In this document: positions 29,837-40,049 of the stretch, piece after piece
How the letters are laid out: every line of letters starts with the position of its first letter
How positions within the stretch are numbered: position 1 is the stretch's first letter
NCBI GenBank assembly: GCA_963668315.1
Contig: OY764216.1
Location: 3,520,001-3,584,000 of the forward strand
Source of the DNA: Spirochaetia bacterium
GTDB taxonomy: Bacteria; Spirochaetota; Spirochaetia; DSM-2461
DNA length: 64,000 bases
Direction of reading: 5' to 3'
Notes under the pieces: model-generated
Database searches by the model: none
What the model saw: the letters and a program-made list of their open reading frames with translations, nothing else
Told to the model about the DNA's origin: nothing
Program-made: the position numbers and the translations under genes

Positions 29837-30718
29837 ATGACATATTTTTTCTTGTTTCTGACGACATCTATCTGGGGTAGTTTATATGTCGTGACCAAAA
29901 TAGCCCTGGAAGAGATTCCCCCGGTAACTCTTCTTTTTTTCCGTTATATCATCGCTTCCCTGACACTGTTTACAACCATCAAAGTCTCCGGAAAAAATCT
30001 GAAAATATCTCCCTCCGATATTCCCCGGATCCTATTTATCGGTGTAATCGGCTGTTTTGTCGGGGTCGGGCTTCAGATATGGGGAACAAAATTCTGCGGA
30101 TCCTCACTGGCGTCCCTGGTGAATAGCTTGAATCCCGTCTTCATCAGCTTGTTCGCCTCCCTCTATTTGTCTGAGAAAATTACCCTCAGAAAAATGATTT
30201 CCATAGCCATGGGTCTGACCGGAGTCTACCTGATTGTGTTCAATCAGAAAAATTTCGAGATCAAAGTGGGGGTGATTTTCTCCCTCCTTTCCATTCTCTC
30301 CTGGTCGGCTTCGTCGGTGGCCACGAAAAAACTGACCGAAAAGAAAGACTCCATGGTCGTAACGGCCTGGGGAATCTGGGTTGCCACACTGTTCTGTTTT
30401 CCCGCCAGTCTCATTGAGCTGAATATTACCCGGGGATATACCCTGTTTTCCCCGTCATCCCTGGGGTGCGTGCTTTATCTCGGAACCATAGGCACCGCTC
30501 TGCCCAATATTCTGTGGAACAGAAGCCTCTCCCGGATTGACGCCAGTATCTGTTCCCTTTTTTATCCGGTGCAGCCCCTGGTCTCTATTTTTCTGGGGAT
30601 CCTGATTTTTAAAGAGAGTGTAAGCACCCAGTTCCTGCTGGGCACCCTGATTATCATCTCCGGTCTGTTTATCGGCCTGACAAAGAAAAAAATGCAGCTG
30701 GTAAAAAGTCCACTTTGA
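29837..30718 (+). CDS. DMT/EamA family transporter
   Basis: IWGS..V.K, PP.TL.FFR, duplicated 5-TM halves. Confidence 0.88.
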   Translation: MTYFFLFLTTSIWGSLYVVTKIALEEIPPVTLLFFRYIIASLTLFTTIKVSGKNLKISPSDIPRILFIGVIGCFVGVGLQIWGTKFCGSSLASLVNSLNPVFISLFASLYLSEKITLRKMISIAMGLTGVYLIVFNQKNFEIKVGVIFSLLSILSWSASSVATKKLTEKKDSMVVTAWGIWVATLFCFPASLIELNITRGYTLFSPSSLGCVLYLGTIGTALPNILWNRSLSRIDASICSLFYPVQPLVSIFLGILIFKESVSTQFLLGTLIIISGLFIGLTKKKMQLVKSPL

Positions 30719-30786
30719 CTGAATGGTCTGATCATAAAAAAGAGACTTTTTACCCGAAGAGACGTTTTTTTTATGATATAATACAC

Positions 30787-32532
30787 ATGGATATGGCTAA
30801 ACAGCTACGCTATTTCACAAAACTTTTTATTGCCTTCCTGCTCACAGGTATCATTCCCGTGGCCCTGATGAGTACGGTCTTCGCCTTTCTATCGGGAAAT
30901 ATCATGAAGGGCTCCTATAAACAGCAGGCGCAGATTTCGATTAAAAGGATCAGCGAAGATCTCGACGAACAGCTGGAACGGCTCAGGCATACGGTCTATC
31001 AGCTGAGCGCGGACAGACTCATACTTGATTCGGTGGAAGGAGACAGAAGCCCGGACAAACCGGAACTTCTTCTGCTGTATCAGAAAATGTACCAGTCCCT
31101 TACCGGACATATCGACCACGCGTCCCTTCATATCATCAGCCTCACATCCTTTCCCTCCATTTCGACACAGCAAATTCCCGATTCCTACCGGGGGGCCGGC
31201 AGTGAAGCGGCGGGGGGACTTTTTGATCAGGCCAGATCCCGTCCGGAGAAAACCTTCGCCCGGTTCAACAGTCTGATTAACAGTCGGGGCGATGCGGTGA
31301 TGATGACCTTCTGCAAAGCCCTGACTGGATCTTCCGGCCGTCTGATCGGCTTCATTGTCCTGGATATCAATAAGAAATATCTGGCGGAAGCGGCGGAAAG
31401 GGCCAACGGGGAGTTTTTTTCCCAGATCCTTTTCGTGGATCCCCTCAACAATCTGATGGTGGATCTGAATCATGACCAGAACGACGGAAATTTCAGTAGC
31501 ATGCCCGACCTGGCGTTTATTCCCCTGGATAATCCCGGTTTCGTGACCAGAGAGAACAGGATGATTGTCCACCATCCCCTGGAGATTTCCCCCTTTCAGA
31601 TAGCCGGCTCCGTTCCCATGAGTGTCGTCATGTCCAATCTCGCCTATCTGATCAGGATCACGCTCTGGATTTTCCTTCTCTGCCTGATCCTGGCGGTGAC
31701 CCTGGCCTACCTGATCTCCCGCTCCATCTCCCGCCCGGTTCACAGCCTTTCCCTTGCGATGGAAAGTGTTGAATCGGGCGATCTGACGGTGAGGATGGTT
31801 CCGGACCGGGGTGACGAGATCGGAATTCTCTACAGAAGATTCAATATGATGACCAGCCGGATCGAAAGCCTTGTCCGCGAGACAAAGGATGAGCAGGAAC
31901 AGTTGCGAATCGCCGAAAGGAGAGCTCTTCAGGCCCAGATAAATCCCCATTTTCTCTATAATACGCTCAATACCATCAAATCCCTCGCCAAGCTGAATGA
32001 AGCGGAGCAGGTCACGAAAATCGTCACCGAATTCAGCCGCCTCCTGAGGCACAGCATTGACAGCAAGGCCGATACGGTCACCATAAGGGAGAGCTTTGAA
32101 CTGGTGGAGAGCTATCTGGTCATTCAGAAAATCCGATACGGCGGCAGGCTCAGCTACAGCGTCCGATGCGAACCGGAAATTCTTTCCTTTCCCATCCCCA
32201 AACTTATCGTCCAGCCCCTGGTGGAAAATGCGGTGGTTCACGGGATCGAGAAGAAAATCGCCCCCGGCAGGATCGATGTATCGGCCTGGAAGGAGGGGGA
32301 GCAGATCTTTATAGAAATCCTCGATGACGGACCCGGCCTTGAGCGGGAAATGGCGGATAGGGACCATGGGGAGAATTGCGGGGTCGGTTTGGATAATGTG
32401 TCCCGAAGACTCATGCTTACCTACGGGGAGAAGAGCCGGTTCACCATGGAAGAGAGGGAAAATACCGGAGGGACGAGGGTTATTCTCTCCATTCCTCTGA
32501 CGGAATTTATCAAGGAAGGAGTCGCTCCGTGA
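30787..32532 (+). CDS. YesM-like sensor histidine kinase
   Basis: Two TMs, HAMP, ALQAQINPHFLYNTLN, QPLVENAVVHG, DDGPG, GVGLDNV. Confidence 0.92.
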   Translation: MDMAKQLRYFTKLFIAFLLTGIIPVALMSTVFAFLSGNIMKGSYKQQAQISIKRISEDLDEQLERLRHTVYQLSADRLILDSVEGDRSPDKPELLLLYQKMYQSLTGHIDHASLHIISLTSFPSISTQQIPDSYRGAGSEAAGGLFDQARSRPEKTFARFNSLINSRGDAVMMTFCKALTGSSGRLIGFIVLDINKKYLAEAAERANGEFFSQILFVDPLNNLMVDLNHDQNDGNFSSMPDLAFIPLDNPGFVTRENRMIVHHPLEISPFQIAGSVPMSVVMSNLAYLIRITLWIFLLCLILAVTLAYLISRSISRPVHSLSLAMESVESGDLTVRMVPDRGDEIGILYRRFNMMTSRIESLVRETKDEQEQLRIAERRALQAQINPHFLYNTLNTIKSLAKLNEAEQVTKIVTEFSRLLRHSIDSKADTVTIRESFELVESYLVIQKIRYGGRLSYSVRCEPEILSFPIPKLIVQPLVENAVVHGIEKKIAPGRIDVSAWKEGEQIFIEILDDGPGLEREMADRDHGENCGVGLDNVSRRLMLTYGEKSRFTMEERENTGGTRVILSIPLTEFIKEGVAP

Positions 32533-33314
32533 TCAAAACGGTTCTTGTGGAGGATGAAGAGACGGTACGTCGGGAAATCTCCCTGACAACCCCCTGGCAT
32601 GATCTGGGCTGCCTGCTTATCGGGGAAGCCGCCAATGGCATAGACGGCCTTGAATTGATCATGAAGGTCAGGCCTGATCTGATTATAACCGATATTCGCA
32701 TGCCCGGCCTTGACGGTCTTGCCATGCTGGAGGAGGTGGAGGAGCTGCTGGGCGACGAAAAACCCAAGGCCATCCTTCTCACGGGCCATTCGGATTTCGA
32801 GTACGCCCGCAAAGGGATTCGTCTGGGAGTCTGTGAATACCTTCTGAAACCCATTGACGATGATGAATTCCACAGTCTTCTCAAAAATATAGCCGATGAA
32901 CTGAATTCGGAGAGCACGGGTCCCCTTGAAGGGAGCCCCATTCTGCTGGATTTCAAAGAGTATGACATGAATTCCGCCGGGGACAGTAAGGATTATTACG
33001 TGCGGAAAGCCGTGAATATTATCGGGGAGAATTACAGCCGTGACGTCTCTATGGCCGATGTGGCCGAGCAGATGAGAATTACTCAGGGGTATCTCTCCCG
33101 TGTTTTCAAAGAAAGGACCGGTTATACCTTTCTGGAATATCTCACCCTTTTCAGACTGAGGAAGGCGTTGGAACTTCTTCGCGACCGCTCTCTCCTAATC
33201 AGTGAAGCGGCCTACCGCTCAGGTTTTCATGACAACGGATACTTTACCCAGCTTTTTAAGAAATATACCGGCATCACTCCGGGCCAATACAGAAAGTGCG
33301 GCTTCCTGAATTGA
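32529..33314 (+). CDS. YesN-like response regulator (receiver + AraC HTH)
   Basis: VEDE, ITDIRMPGLDG, YLLKP and a C-terminal AraC HTH. GTGA overlap with the kinase. Confidence 0.92.
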   Translation: MIKTVLVEDEETVRREISLTTPWHDLGCLLIGEAANGIDGLELIMKVRPDLIITDIRMPGLDGLAMLEEVEELLGDEKPKAILLTGHSDFEYARKGIRLGVCEYLLKPIDDDEFHSLLKNIADELNSESTGPLEGSPILLDFKEYDMNSAGDSKDYYVRKAVNIIGENYSRDVSMADVAEQMRITQGYLSRVFKERTGYTFLEYLTLFRLRKALELLRDRSLLISEAAYRSGFHDNGYFTQLFKKYTGITPGQYRKCGFLN

Positions 33315-33334
33315 GCCCGGAGAGTGATTTTCTG

Positions 33335-34180
33335 TCATCCCTTCCTTGAGGAAAAAACAGAGGCTCCGGAAACGAAATATTTGCTCATGGAAAAGAAAAG
33401 GACCAGCATAGGTATGCTGCCCAGCACGGCGACAGCCATCATGGCTCCTTCATCGGTATATTTCTCCGCCGCGAATTTGACGATATACAGGGGCAATGTT
33501 TTCATTTTTTCGCTCTGGGCGACAAGAAGAGGCCAGAGCAGATTGTCCCACTGGCTTCGGAACGTCAGAATCGAAAGGGTTGCTATGGCGGGAGCGCAGT
33601 TGGGGAGGACGATATGCCAGAAGATTTTCGGTTCCGAGGCTCCGTCTATCCTGGTGGCATCGAGGAATTCGTCGGGAAAAGGGAGAAGATACTGGCGCAT
33701 CATGAAAACCCCGAAGGCATTCACCAGAAAGGGGATGATCAGTCCGGCGTAACTGTTCTGGAGATGCAGTTTCGTCGCCACCAGATAGAGGGGGATCATG
33801 ATCGCTTCAAAGGGTATCATCATTGTGGCCATTATGGCCAGAAAAACGAAATTCCGCCCCTTGAACCGGAATTTGGCGAGGCCGTATCCGGTGAGGCATG
33901 AAAGAAGCACCGTAGTGACGGTCACGACAGATGAGACGAGAAGCGAATTGCCTATGTTTCTTATGAATATGTAGCTTCCGTCGTTTCCCGCCACGGCCTT
34001 TGTGAAATTCTGCCAGTGGAATCCCCGGGGAATCCATCGGAAGGGCATCTTCAGTATATCCTTGGCGGGCATCATGGACGCGGAGAACATAAAGAGAATG
34101 GGAATGAGGGTAAAGACGAGGGCGGCCAGAAGAATCAGGAAGGTCAGGATATTCAGAGGGGATAATTTAAGTTTATACAT
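33335..34180 (-). CDS. Carbohydrate ABC transporter permease
   Basis: EAA loop variant DATRIDGAS, six TMs. Confidence 0.92.
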   Translation of the reverse strand: MYKLKLSPLNILTFLILLAALVFTLIPILFMFSASMMPAKDILKMPFRWIPRGFHWQNFTKAVAGNDGSYIFIRNIGNSLLVSSVVTVTTVLLSCLTGYGLAKFRFKGRNFVFLAIMATMMIPFEAIMIPLYLVATKLHLQNSYAGLIIPFLVNAFGVFMMRQYLLPFPDEFLDATRIDGASEPKIFWHIVLPNCAPAIATLSILTFRSQWDNLLWPLLVAQSEKMKTLPLYIVKFAAEKYTDEGAMMAVAVLGSIPMLVLFFSMSKYFVSGASVFSSRKG

Positions 34181-34189
34181 ACCGGTCTC

Positions 34190-35095
34190 CTAATAGCTCA
34201 CTTCATCGGCTTTTGTCGTTTTGAATTGAAGCCAGGTAAAGAAAAGCATAATGATGAAAAGAAGGATGCTCATGGCGCTGGATCGGCCTATCATATGATC
34301 CCTGATACCCGTATTGTAAATATTCAGGGTAATGACATTGATAGGCGCCTGGGGTGAGCCCGATTGGACAAAAAGGTACTGGGTACTGAATGTCTTGAGA
34401 CACTGGAGCATGGCCATGACGGAAACCAGTACGACCGTGGGTTTCAGGAGGGGGAAGGTAATGCGCCAGAAGCTCTGCCAGCGGTCGGCGCCGTCGATAA
34501 GGGCCGCTTCATAAAGGGTTCCCGGTATGGCGGCCAGTCCGGCGATGAAGATAACCACGAAGTAGCCGATATATTTCCAGAAATAGACCATTATGGTCGA
34601 AAGCTGGACCATGAAGGAATCGGCCAGCCATTTATGATCGATACCCGGTGTATTAAGCAGAAAATTAAGCCACTGATTTCCCAGCCCCCTCGGATCGAAT
34701 ATGGACATCCAGATAACGGCGGCGACCACCGAGGAGAGTACGGCGGGAGCGTAGTAGGCCAGCTGCAGAAATTTCTGCCCCCTGTTCAGGGACAGGATGA
34801 GAACGGCCAGAAGAAGACTGACCACGAGAAGGGGAATAAAGGCCCCGATGGTAAAGACGAACGTCGCCCGTATGGAGTTCCAGAAATCATCGGACTGCAA
34901 AAGATAGATATAGTTCTTCAGGCCGATAAAGGTGGGTGCTTTAAGGGAGAGTATTTTTTTTCGGAAAAGACTGGTATAGGCCGCATTCACTATGGGGTAA
35001 AAGCTGAAAAGGGAAAAAAACAGCAGGGAGGGGGAAACAAAGATCCAGCCCCACCGGGAAAGTTTTTTTTCTATTCCTGAGTATTTTTTTTTCAT
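34190..35095 (-). CDS. Carbohydrate ABC transporter permease
   Basis: LYEAALIDGA...ITFPLLKP. Confidence 0.92.
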   Translation of the reverse strand: MKKKYSGIEKKLSRWGWIFVSPSLLFFSLFSFYPIVNAAYTSLFRKKILSLKAPTFIGLKNYIYLLQSDDFWNSIRATFVFTIGAFIPLLVVSLLLAVLILSLNRGQKFLQLAYYAPAVLSSVVAAVIWMSIFDPRGLGNQWLNFLLNTPGIDHKWLADSFMVQLSTIMVYFWKYIGYFVVIFIAGLAAIPGTLYEAALIDGADRWQSFWRITFPLLKPTVVLVSVMAMLQCLKTFSTQYLFVQSGSPQAPINVITLNIYNTGIRDHMIGRSSAMSILLFIIMLFFTWLQFKTTKADEVSY

Positions 35096-35107
35096 TGAAT
35101 TTCCTTG

Positions 35108-35134
35108 AAAAAAGGGCGGTTGATACCGCCCTTT
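35108..35134 (-). terminator. Intercistronic terminator/stabilising hairpin after the solute-binding protein gene
   Basis: AAAGGGCGGT-tgat-ACCGCCCTTT with a T run on the minus strand. Confidence 0.7.
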
Positions 35135-35165
35135 GATATGACATTACACCAATTCGGGAGGAACG

Positions 35166-36458
35166 TTATTCCTGGTCCAGAACTTCCTGTGCTTTGACTT
35201 TCAGAGAGGCAAGAGCCTTTTCCGGTTCTATGCCGCTGAGCATAACGCCTTCGATGGCTTCTTTGATAAGTTCCTGAATTTTGGCGCTGTTTTCACCGTA
35301 ATAGACCATATTACCCCGGGCCATATCATCGGCAAATACCTGGGCATAGGGCATATCGGAGAATGTTTTTGATGACATGAGCGCTTTCGTCGGCTGGATA
35401 AGCCCCACTTCGGTCAGATATTCCTCGGAATGGGATAGCATGTACGAGATGAATTCCCAGGATACGTTCTGCTCCCGTTCGGACTTCTGGCTGTTGACCA
35501 TATAGAAGTGGCCGTAATAAGCGCAGGCGACTTCCTTGACGGCATTCTTGAACTGGGGGAACGGAATGACCATCCAGTCTCCGCTTTCATAGAATTCGGG
35601 GTTATCTGCGCGTATTCGTCCTTCCTGGTAAAGGCCGCTCATGGCCATGGCCATGTCATTATTGTCCGCATTGAACAGTTTTCTGGCATTGGTATAGGTG
35701 GGAGAGCCGAGGTTCTTACCCGAGGGGCCCCAGTCCGCCATGAAGCGGAGGAATTCCAGCCATGCCTCATCTCCGACAATGGCTTTCCTGCCGTCATCGC
35801 TGATCAGCTGCCCACCCAGCTGTTCCACCATGGGAACAACGGAAACCAGATAATAGGGATAACGGAAGTCAAATCCACGCCGTGTAATGATCTGTCCCTC
35901 ACGGAGAACGATCTTCTCGGAAACGGCGGCCACATCCTCCCAGGTCCGGGGATAATCCTTTTCCGGATCGAGGCCGGCTGAGCGGAACACTCTTTTATTG
36001 AGGTAGGGAGCCCAGTTCGTCAGTTCCAGGGGGAGTCCGTATATATCTCCGTCCATGGTGACGGCATCAAGCACCCCGTCTATATAGGCATCTTTGATCC
36101 CTCCGGCCGTCTTATATCCTACCGATTCGGGGTTTACCGCAGCCACCCGTCCATTGACGATATAGGCATAGGCATCTTCGATCTGGGTATTGAAGATATG
36201 GGGTCCTTCATTGGCGGCAAAGGCCGTGAGCAAAAGCTCGGGCATTTTTGAACTTGAATTCGTCACCCGCTCTATGGTGACATCGGGACGGTTAGAGGTA
36301 AACTCTTCCATATACCGCTCTTCCAGGTTTGTTCTGTTGGGATCTTCATGGGTCCAGAAGGTAATGGTAACCGGTCCCTCTTCTTCCTGTCCTCCTCCCG
36401 CGACAAGGGGCAGGGTGAATAACAGAAGGGAAAGGGTAATTACTAAACTCTTTTTCAT
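35166..36458 (-). CDS. Sugar ABC transporter solute-binding protein
   Basis: Signal peptide followed by AGGGQEE, TITFW, IYGLP, PRTWED. Confidence 0.9.
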   Translation of the reverse strand: MKKSLVITLSLLLFTLPLVAGGGQEEEGPVTITFWTHEDPNRTNLEERYMEEFTSNRPDVTIERVTNSSSKMPELLLTAFAANEGPHIFNTQIEDAYAYIVNGRVAAVNPESVGYKTAGGIKDAYIDGVLDAVTMDGDIYGLPLELTNWAPYLNKRVFRSAGLDPEKDYPRTWEDVAAVSEKIVLREGQIITRRGFDFRYPYYLVSVVPMVEQLGGQLISDDGRKAIVGDEAWLEFLRFMADWGPSGKNLGSPTYTNARKLFNADNNDMAMAMSGLYQEGRIRADNPEFYESGDWMVIPFPQFKNAVKEVACAYYGHFYMVNSQKSEREQNVSWEFISYMLSHSEEYLTEVGLIQPTKALMSSKTFSDMPYAQVFADDMARGNMVYYGENSAKIQELIKEAIEGVMLSGIEPEKALASLKVKAQEVLDQE

Positions 36459-36512
36459 AAAATTCTTCTCCTTGTATTTACTGTACTAATTTTATTACAC
36501 ATGAAAAAATCG

Positions 36513-36556
36513 GACAATGTGACATTTTTCCACTTTATATGACAATCCTGACATTT
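36513..36556 (-). promoter_or_regulatory. Direct-repeat candidate activator site upstream of the ABC operon
   Basis: GACAATGTGACATTT (36513-27) and GACAATCCTGACATTT (36541-56). Confidence 0.5.
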
Positions 36557-36660
36557 GTGCGCAAAACCGGTGGGCCTGCAGCAAAATCGAAAGCATAATG
36601 GGAAGGGAGGAGAGAACACTGATAGGGGCATTCGCATAACGAAGGCCCCCTCGAGTCGCC

Positions 36661-37473
36661 CTACGGCAAGGATTTTCTCAGCCGGGAGGGAGTCGTATGG
36701 TAATGCTCCCTGAACATCCGGCTGAAAACTTTATAATTGGTAAAGCCGTGGCGATCCAGAATCTCCGTCAGAGTTTCATTCGTCGCCAGCAGATCGTGAT
36801 GCACATGATACAGTTTAATGAGATTCAGATACTCCAGAAAGGTGGAGCCGGTCTGTTTTTTAAAGTAACGGCAGAAGTAATCCTTATGAAGCCCCAGAAA
36901 ATCAGCCCCGCTCTGAACGGTCAGGGGAATGTTATAGTTCTCATCGATATAGCTGAGCAGATTCTGCATCTTTGTCCTGTCCCGTCTGGCTGACCGGCTG
37001 AGGGGGAGCCGGTTCGAACAGTCCGCGACCAGTATATACAACAGTTTCTGAAGAAGGGAATTGAAGAGAAAGACATAGCCCCTTTCCCTGGCCCGATTCA
37101 CTGAGAGCAGTTCCTTCAGGAGGGATCTCAGTTCATTCCGTACCGGTTCCGCCGCAGGGGAAATATCAAAGAGGATATGCTCCCTTTCCGGTAATGAGCG
37201 GCTTACCAGGAAAAAGGGGACCTGAAGAAGAAGGGTATCCGTTTCCCCGTAGACCCGGGTCTGGTGAATCTCTCCGGAGTTGATGATATGGATGTCCCCT
37301 TTCCCTAATGTGCGGATATGACCGTCCCACTGTACTTCCATTTTTCCCTTCTCGATAAGAAGGATTTCCACATGGCTGTGCCAGTGGCCGGGAATGAGAT
37401 GGTCGAAGGCGGTATAGGATCTGATATTGACAGGCAGGGTATTTTCATGGAGAACGATTTCATGCTTAAGCAT
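36661..37473 (-). CDS. AraC-family regulator (cupin + HTH)
   Basis: HWHSHVE cupin, YFCRYFKKQTG, GFTNY..F.RMF. Divergent from the GH3 gene. Confidence 0.92.
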   Translation of the reverse strand: MLKHEIVLHENTLPVNIRSYTAFDHLIPGHWHSHVEILLIEKGKMEVQWDGHIRTLGKGDIHIINSGEIHQTRVYGETDTLLLQVPFFLVSRSLPEREHILFDISPAAEPVRNELRSLLKELLSVNRARERGYVFLFNSLLQKLLYILVADCSNRLPLSRSARRDRTKMQNLLSYIDENYNIPLTVQSGADFLGLHKDYFCRYFKKQTGSTFLEYLNLIKLYHVHHDLLATNETLTEILDRHGFTNYKVFSRMFREHYHTTPSRLRKSLP

Positions 37474-37586
37474 TTAATCATTATAGCAGAATTATCCAAA
37501 ATGTCAGTATCAACCTAATCAATAGTCAAAAAAGGCATAGATAAGGGAATAAAATATCAGGATACTACCTATGGAGGATTTCTATT

Positions 37587-39998
37587 ATGAAAAAATGGCA
37601 GAGAATCAACTATCAGCCCAATTTACCCCTGGGGGCAAAGGGAGAGCGGATAACCGCCTCGGAGGCCCACCTGGATCTCTCTAAAAAAGCAGCCAAAGAG
37701 GGAATGGTCCTTCTGAAGAATGATGAAGGAGCCCTTCCCCTGGAAAAGGGCTGTAAAGTGGCGCTTTTCGGTAAAGCCACCATTGATTTCGTGAAAGGAG
37801 GGGGCGGTTCGGGCGACGTTACCGTATCCCACATTACCAATATTTTCGACGGCTTCCGTCAGCTCCCCGGGAATGTCACTCTCTTCGGTGAGTTGTGTGA
37901 ATTCTATCAGACCTATGTAGACCGGCAGTACAGGGAGGGAAGAAAACCGGGGCTTATGGCCGAGCCCGAACTGCCCGAAGATCTTCTGAAAAAAGCGGCC
38001 GCCTTCACCGATACCGCCGTTGTCTCCCTCTGTCGTTTTTCCGGAGAGGGATGGGACAGAAAGGCTTCCGCCGATCAGGATGAGATATTCTGCGAACCCT
38101 GGGTCGGAGAAACGGCGCGCCAGTCTCAGGAGCTGTTCGAGCGGGGAGACTTCTACCTCAGCCGGGCCGAGGAAAATCTGATTGAGACGGTCAAATCCCG
38201 TTTCAGCCGGGTCATCATCAATATGAATGTGGGCGGCATGGTGGACAGTTGCTGGTTCGCCGATGACGAAAAAATACAGGCGGTTCTCATGTCCTGGCAG
38301 GGAGGAATGGAAGGGGGGCTTGCCACGGCCGAACTTCTGTGCGGCCTGGGAAATCCCTCGGGAAAACTGGTCGATACCTACGCCCGGGAGCTGAGCGATT
38401 ATCCCTCCACGGCAAACTTCCACGAATCCAGGGATTATGTCGATTATACCGACGATATTTACGTCGGCTACCGCTATTTTGGAACGATACCCGGAGCGAT
38501 GGCCAAGGTGAACTATCCCTTTGGATTCGGTCTTTCCTATACCCGCTTCACCTATGAGCTGCTTTCCGCCGTGGAAAACAACGGTACAATCGACTTTGCG
38601 GTCAATCTCTGCAACCGGGGCGACTGCGAGGGCCGGGAGGTGCTGCAGCTCTATTCCCAGGCTCCCCAGGGAAAACTGGGAAAGCCGGCCCGGGAGCTCA
38701 AAGCCTTCAGGAAAAGCCGTCTCCTGAAGCAGGGGGAGTCGGAAATAGTAACCCTGACGATTCCCGTCAGTTCCCTGGCCTCCTACGACGACCTGGGAAA
38801 AATTGCCCCCTCAGCCTATGTCCTCGAAAAGGGGGAGTACACCTTTTTTCTGGGAAATTCCATGAGGGACGGTTTTGTGCCGGACTTCACCTATGTCGTC
38901 ACCGAAAACCGGGTGGTGGAACAGCTGACCCCCCGGCTGGTTCCGTCGGATTTGAAGAAAAGACTCCTTTACGACGGGAGTTATGAAGAGCTTCCCGCGG
39001 GTCCGGCCAATGATCCCCGTGAGACCGGACTGGAGCCGCAGGATTTTTCCCAGTGGGAAGGAATGGCCCCCCAGAACCGTTTCGAAGATTACCGGCGGGT
39101 CAATCATGTTGATGATGGTCCCGGGCTGATCGATGTCTGGGAGGGCCGTGAGAGTCTTGATGATTTCATGAACCGTCTCGATGAGGACGATTTGATTCAT
39201 CTCCTAGGAGGTCAGCCCAACCGGGGCGTGGCCAATACGTACGGCTGGGGAAATATTCCCCGCCTGGGAATCCCCAATGCCATGACGGCGGACGGACCGG
39301 CCGGTGTGAGAATTGCAGAGAAATGCGGTGTGGCCACTACGGCCTGGCCCTGCGCCACCCTGCTGGCTTCTTCCTGGGATCCGGATATTCTCTTCGCCGT
39401 GGGAGAAGCCGGAGCCCGGGAGATGGAGGAGAACAATCTGGCCGTATGGCTGACTCCCGCCGTGAACATTCACAGAAGTCCGCTCTGCGGCCGTAATTTC
39501 GAATATTATTCTGAGGATCCCCTGCTGGCGGGCAAGCTCGCCGCCGCCATGGTCAGGGGAATCCAGTCCCGCGGCATCGCGGCTACGGTCAAGCATTTCG
39601 CTTTTAACAATAAAGAGACGAACCGCAAGGAGAGCGACTCCCGTCTTTCCGAGAGGGCTGCCCGGGAAATTTACCTCAAAGCCTTTGAAATTATTGTGAA
39701 AGAGGCCGATCCCTGGGCCCTCATGTCCGCTTACAATATGGTCAACGGACACAGAACTTCGGAGTGCAGAGAGCTGCTGGAAGACATTCTCCGCGGGGAG
39801 TGGGGTTTTACCGGTGTGGTGACAACCGACTGGTGGACCAGGGGAGAGCATTACAAGGAAGTAAAAGCCGGCAATGACATCAAAATGGCCTGTGGAATCA
39901 ATGCGCGCCTCAAGGAAGCCCTTGCCAAGGGACTTCTTTCGCGGGATGACCTCATAAAATCCGCCCGGAGAGTCCTTGAACTTCTTCTGCGCGTTTAG
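37587..39998 (+). CDS. GH3 beta-glycosidase with reversed domain order (sandwich, Fn3, then TIM barrel)
   Basis: EGMVLLKN at the N-terminus, YPFGFGLSYT in the middle, and DGPAG, GRNFEYYSEDP, KHF, VVTTDW (nucleophile) at the C-terminus. Confidence 0.92.
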   Translation: MKKWQRINYQPNLPLGAKGERITASEAHLDLSKKAAKEGMVLLKNDEGALPLEKGCKVALFGKATIDFVKGGGGSGDVTVSHITNIFDGFRQLPGNVTLFGELCEFYQTYVDRQYREGRKPGLMAEPELPEDLLKKAAAFTDTAVVSLCRFSGEGWDRKASADQDEIFCEPWVGETARQSQELFERGDFYLSRAEENLIETVKSRFSRVIINMNVGGMVDSCWFADDEKIQAVLMSWQGGMEGGLATAELLCGLGNPSGKLVDTYARELSDYPSTANFHESRDYVDYTDDIYVGYRYFGTIPGAMAKVNYPFGFGLSYTRFTYELLSAVENNGTIDFAVNLCNRGDCEGREVLQLYSQAPQGKLGKPARELKAFRKSRLLKQGESEIVTLTIPVSSLASYDDLGKIAPSAYVLEKGEYTFFLGNSMRDGFVPDFTYVVTENRVVEQLTPRLVPSDLKKRLLYDGSYEELPAGPANDPRETGLEPQDFSQWEGMAPQNRFEDYRRVNHVDDGPGLIDVWEGRESLDDFMNRLDEDDLIHLLGGQPNRGVANTYGWGNIPRLGIPNAMTADGPAGVRIAEKCGVATTAWPCATLLASSWDPDILFAVGEAGAREMEENNLAVWLTPAVNIHRSPLCGRNFEYYSEDPLLAGKLAAAMVRGIQSRGIAATVKHFAFNNKETNRKESDSRLSERAAREIYLKAFEIIVKEADPWALMSAYNMVNGHRTSECRELLEDILRGEWGFTGVVTTDWWTRGEHYKEVKAGNDIKMACGINARLKEALAKGLLSRDDLIKSARRVLELLLRV

Positions 39999-40004
39999 AA
40001 AGTG

Positions 40005-40030
40005 GGGGCAGGGGATCCTGCCCCTTCTTC
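40005..40030 (+). terminator. Terminator after the GH3 gene
   Basis: GGGGCAGG-ggat-CCTGCCCC followed by TTCTTC. Confidence 0.65.
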
Positions 40031-40049
40031 AGCTGCGGTATCTGAATAG

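Noticed and set aside
36557..36600. GCGCAAAACC...GGGCCT resembling part of a c-di-GMP-I riboswitch
   Set aside because: The upstream GAAA-tetraloop stem is missing and the orientation is opposite to the nearby downstream operon.
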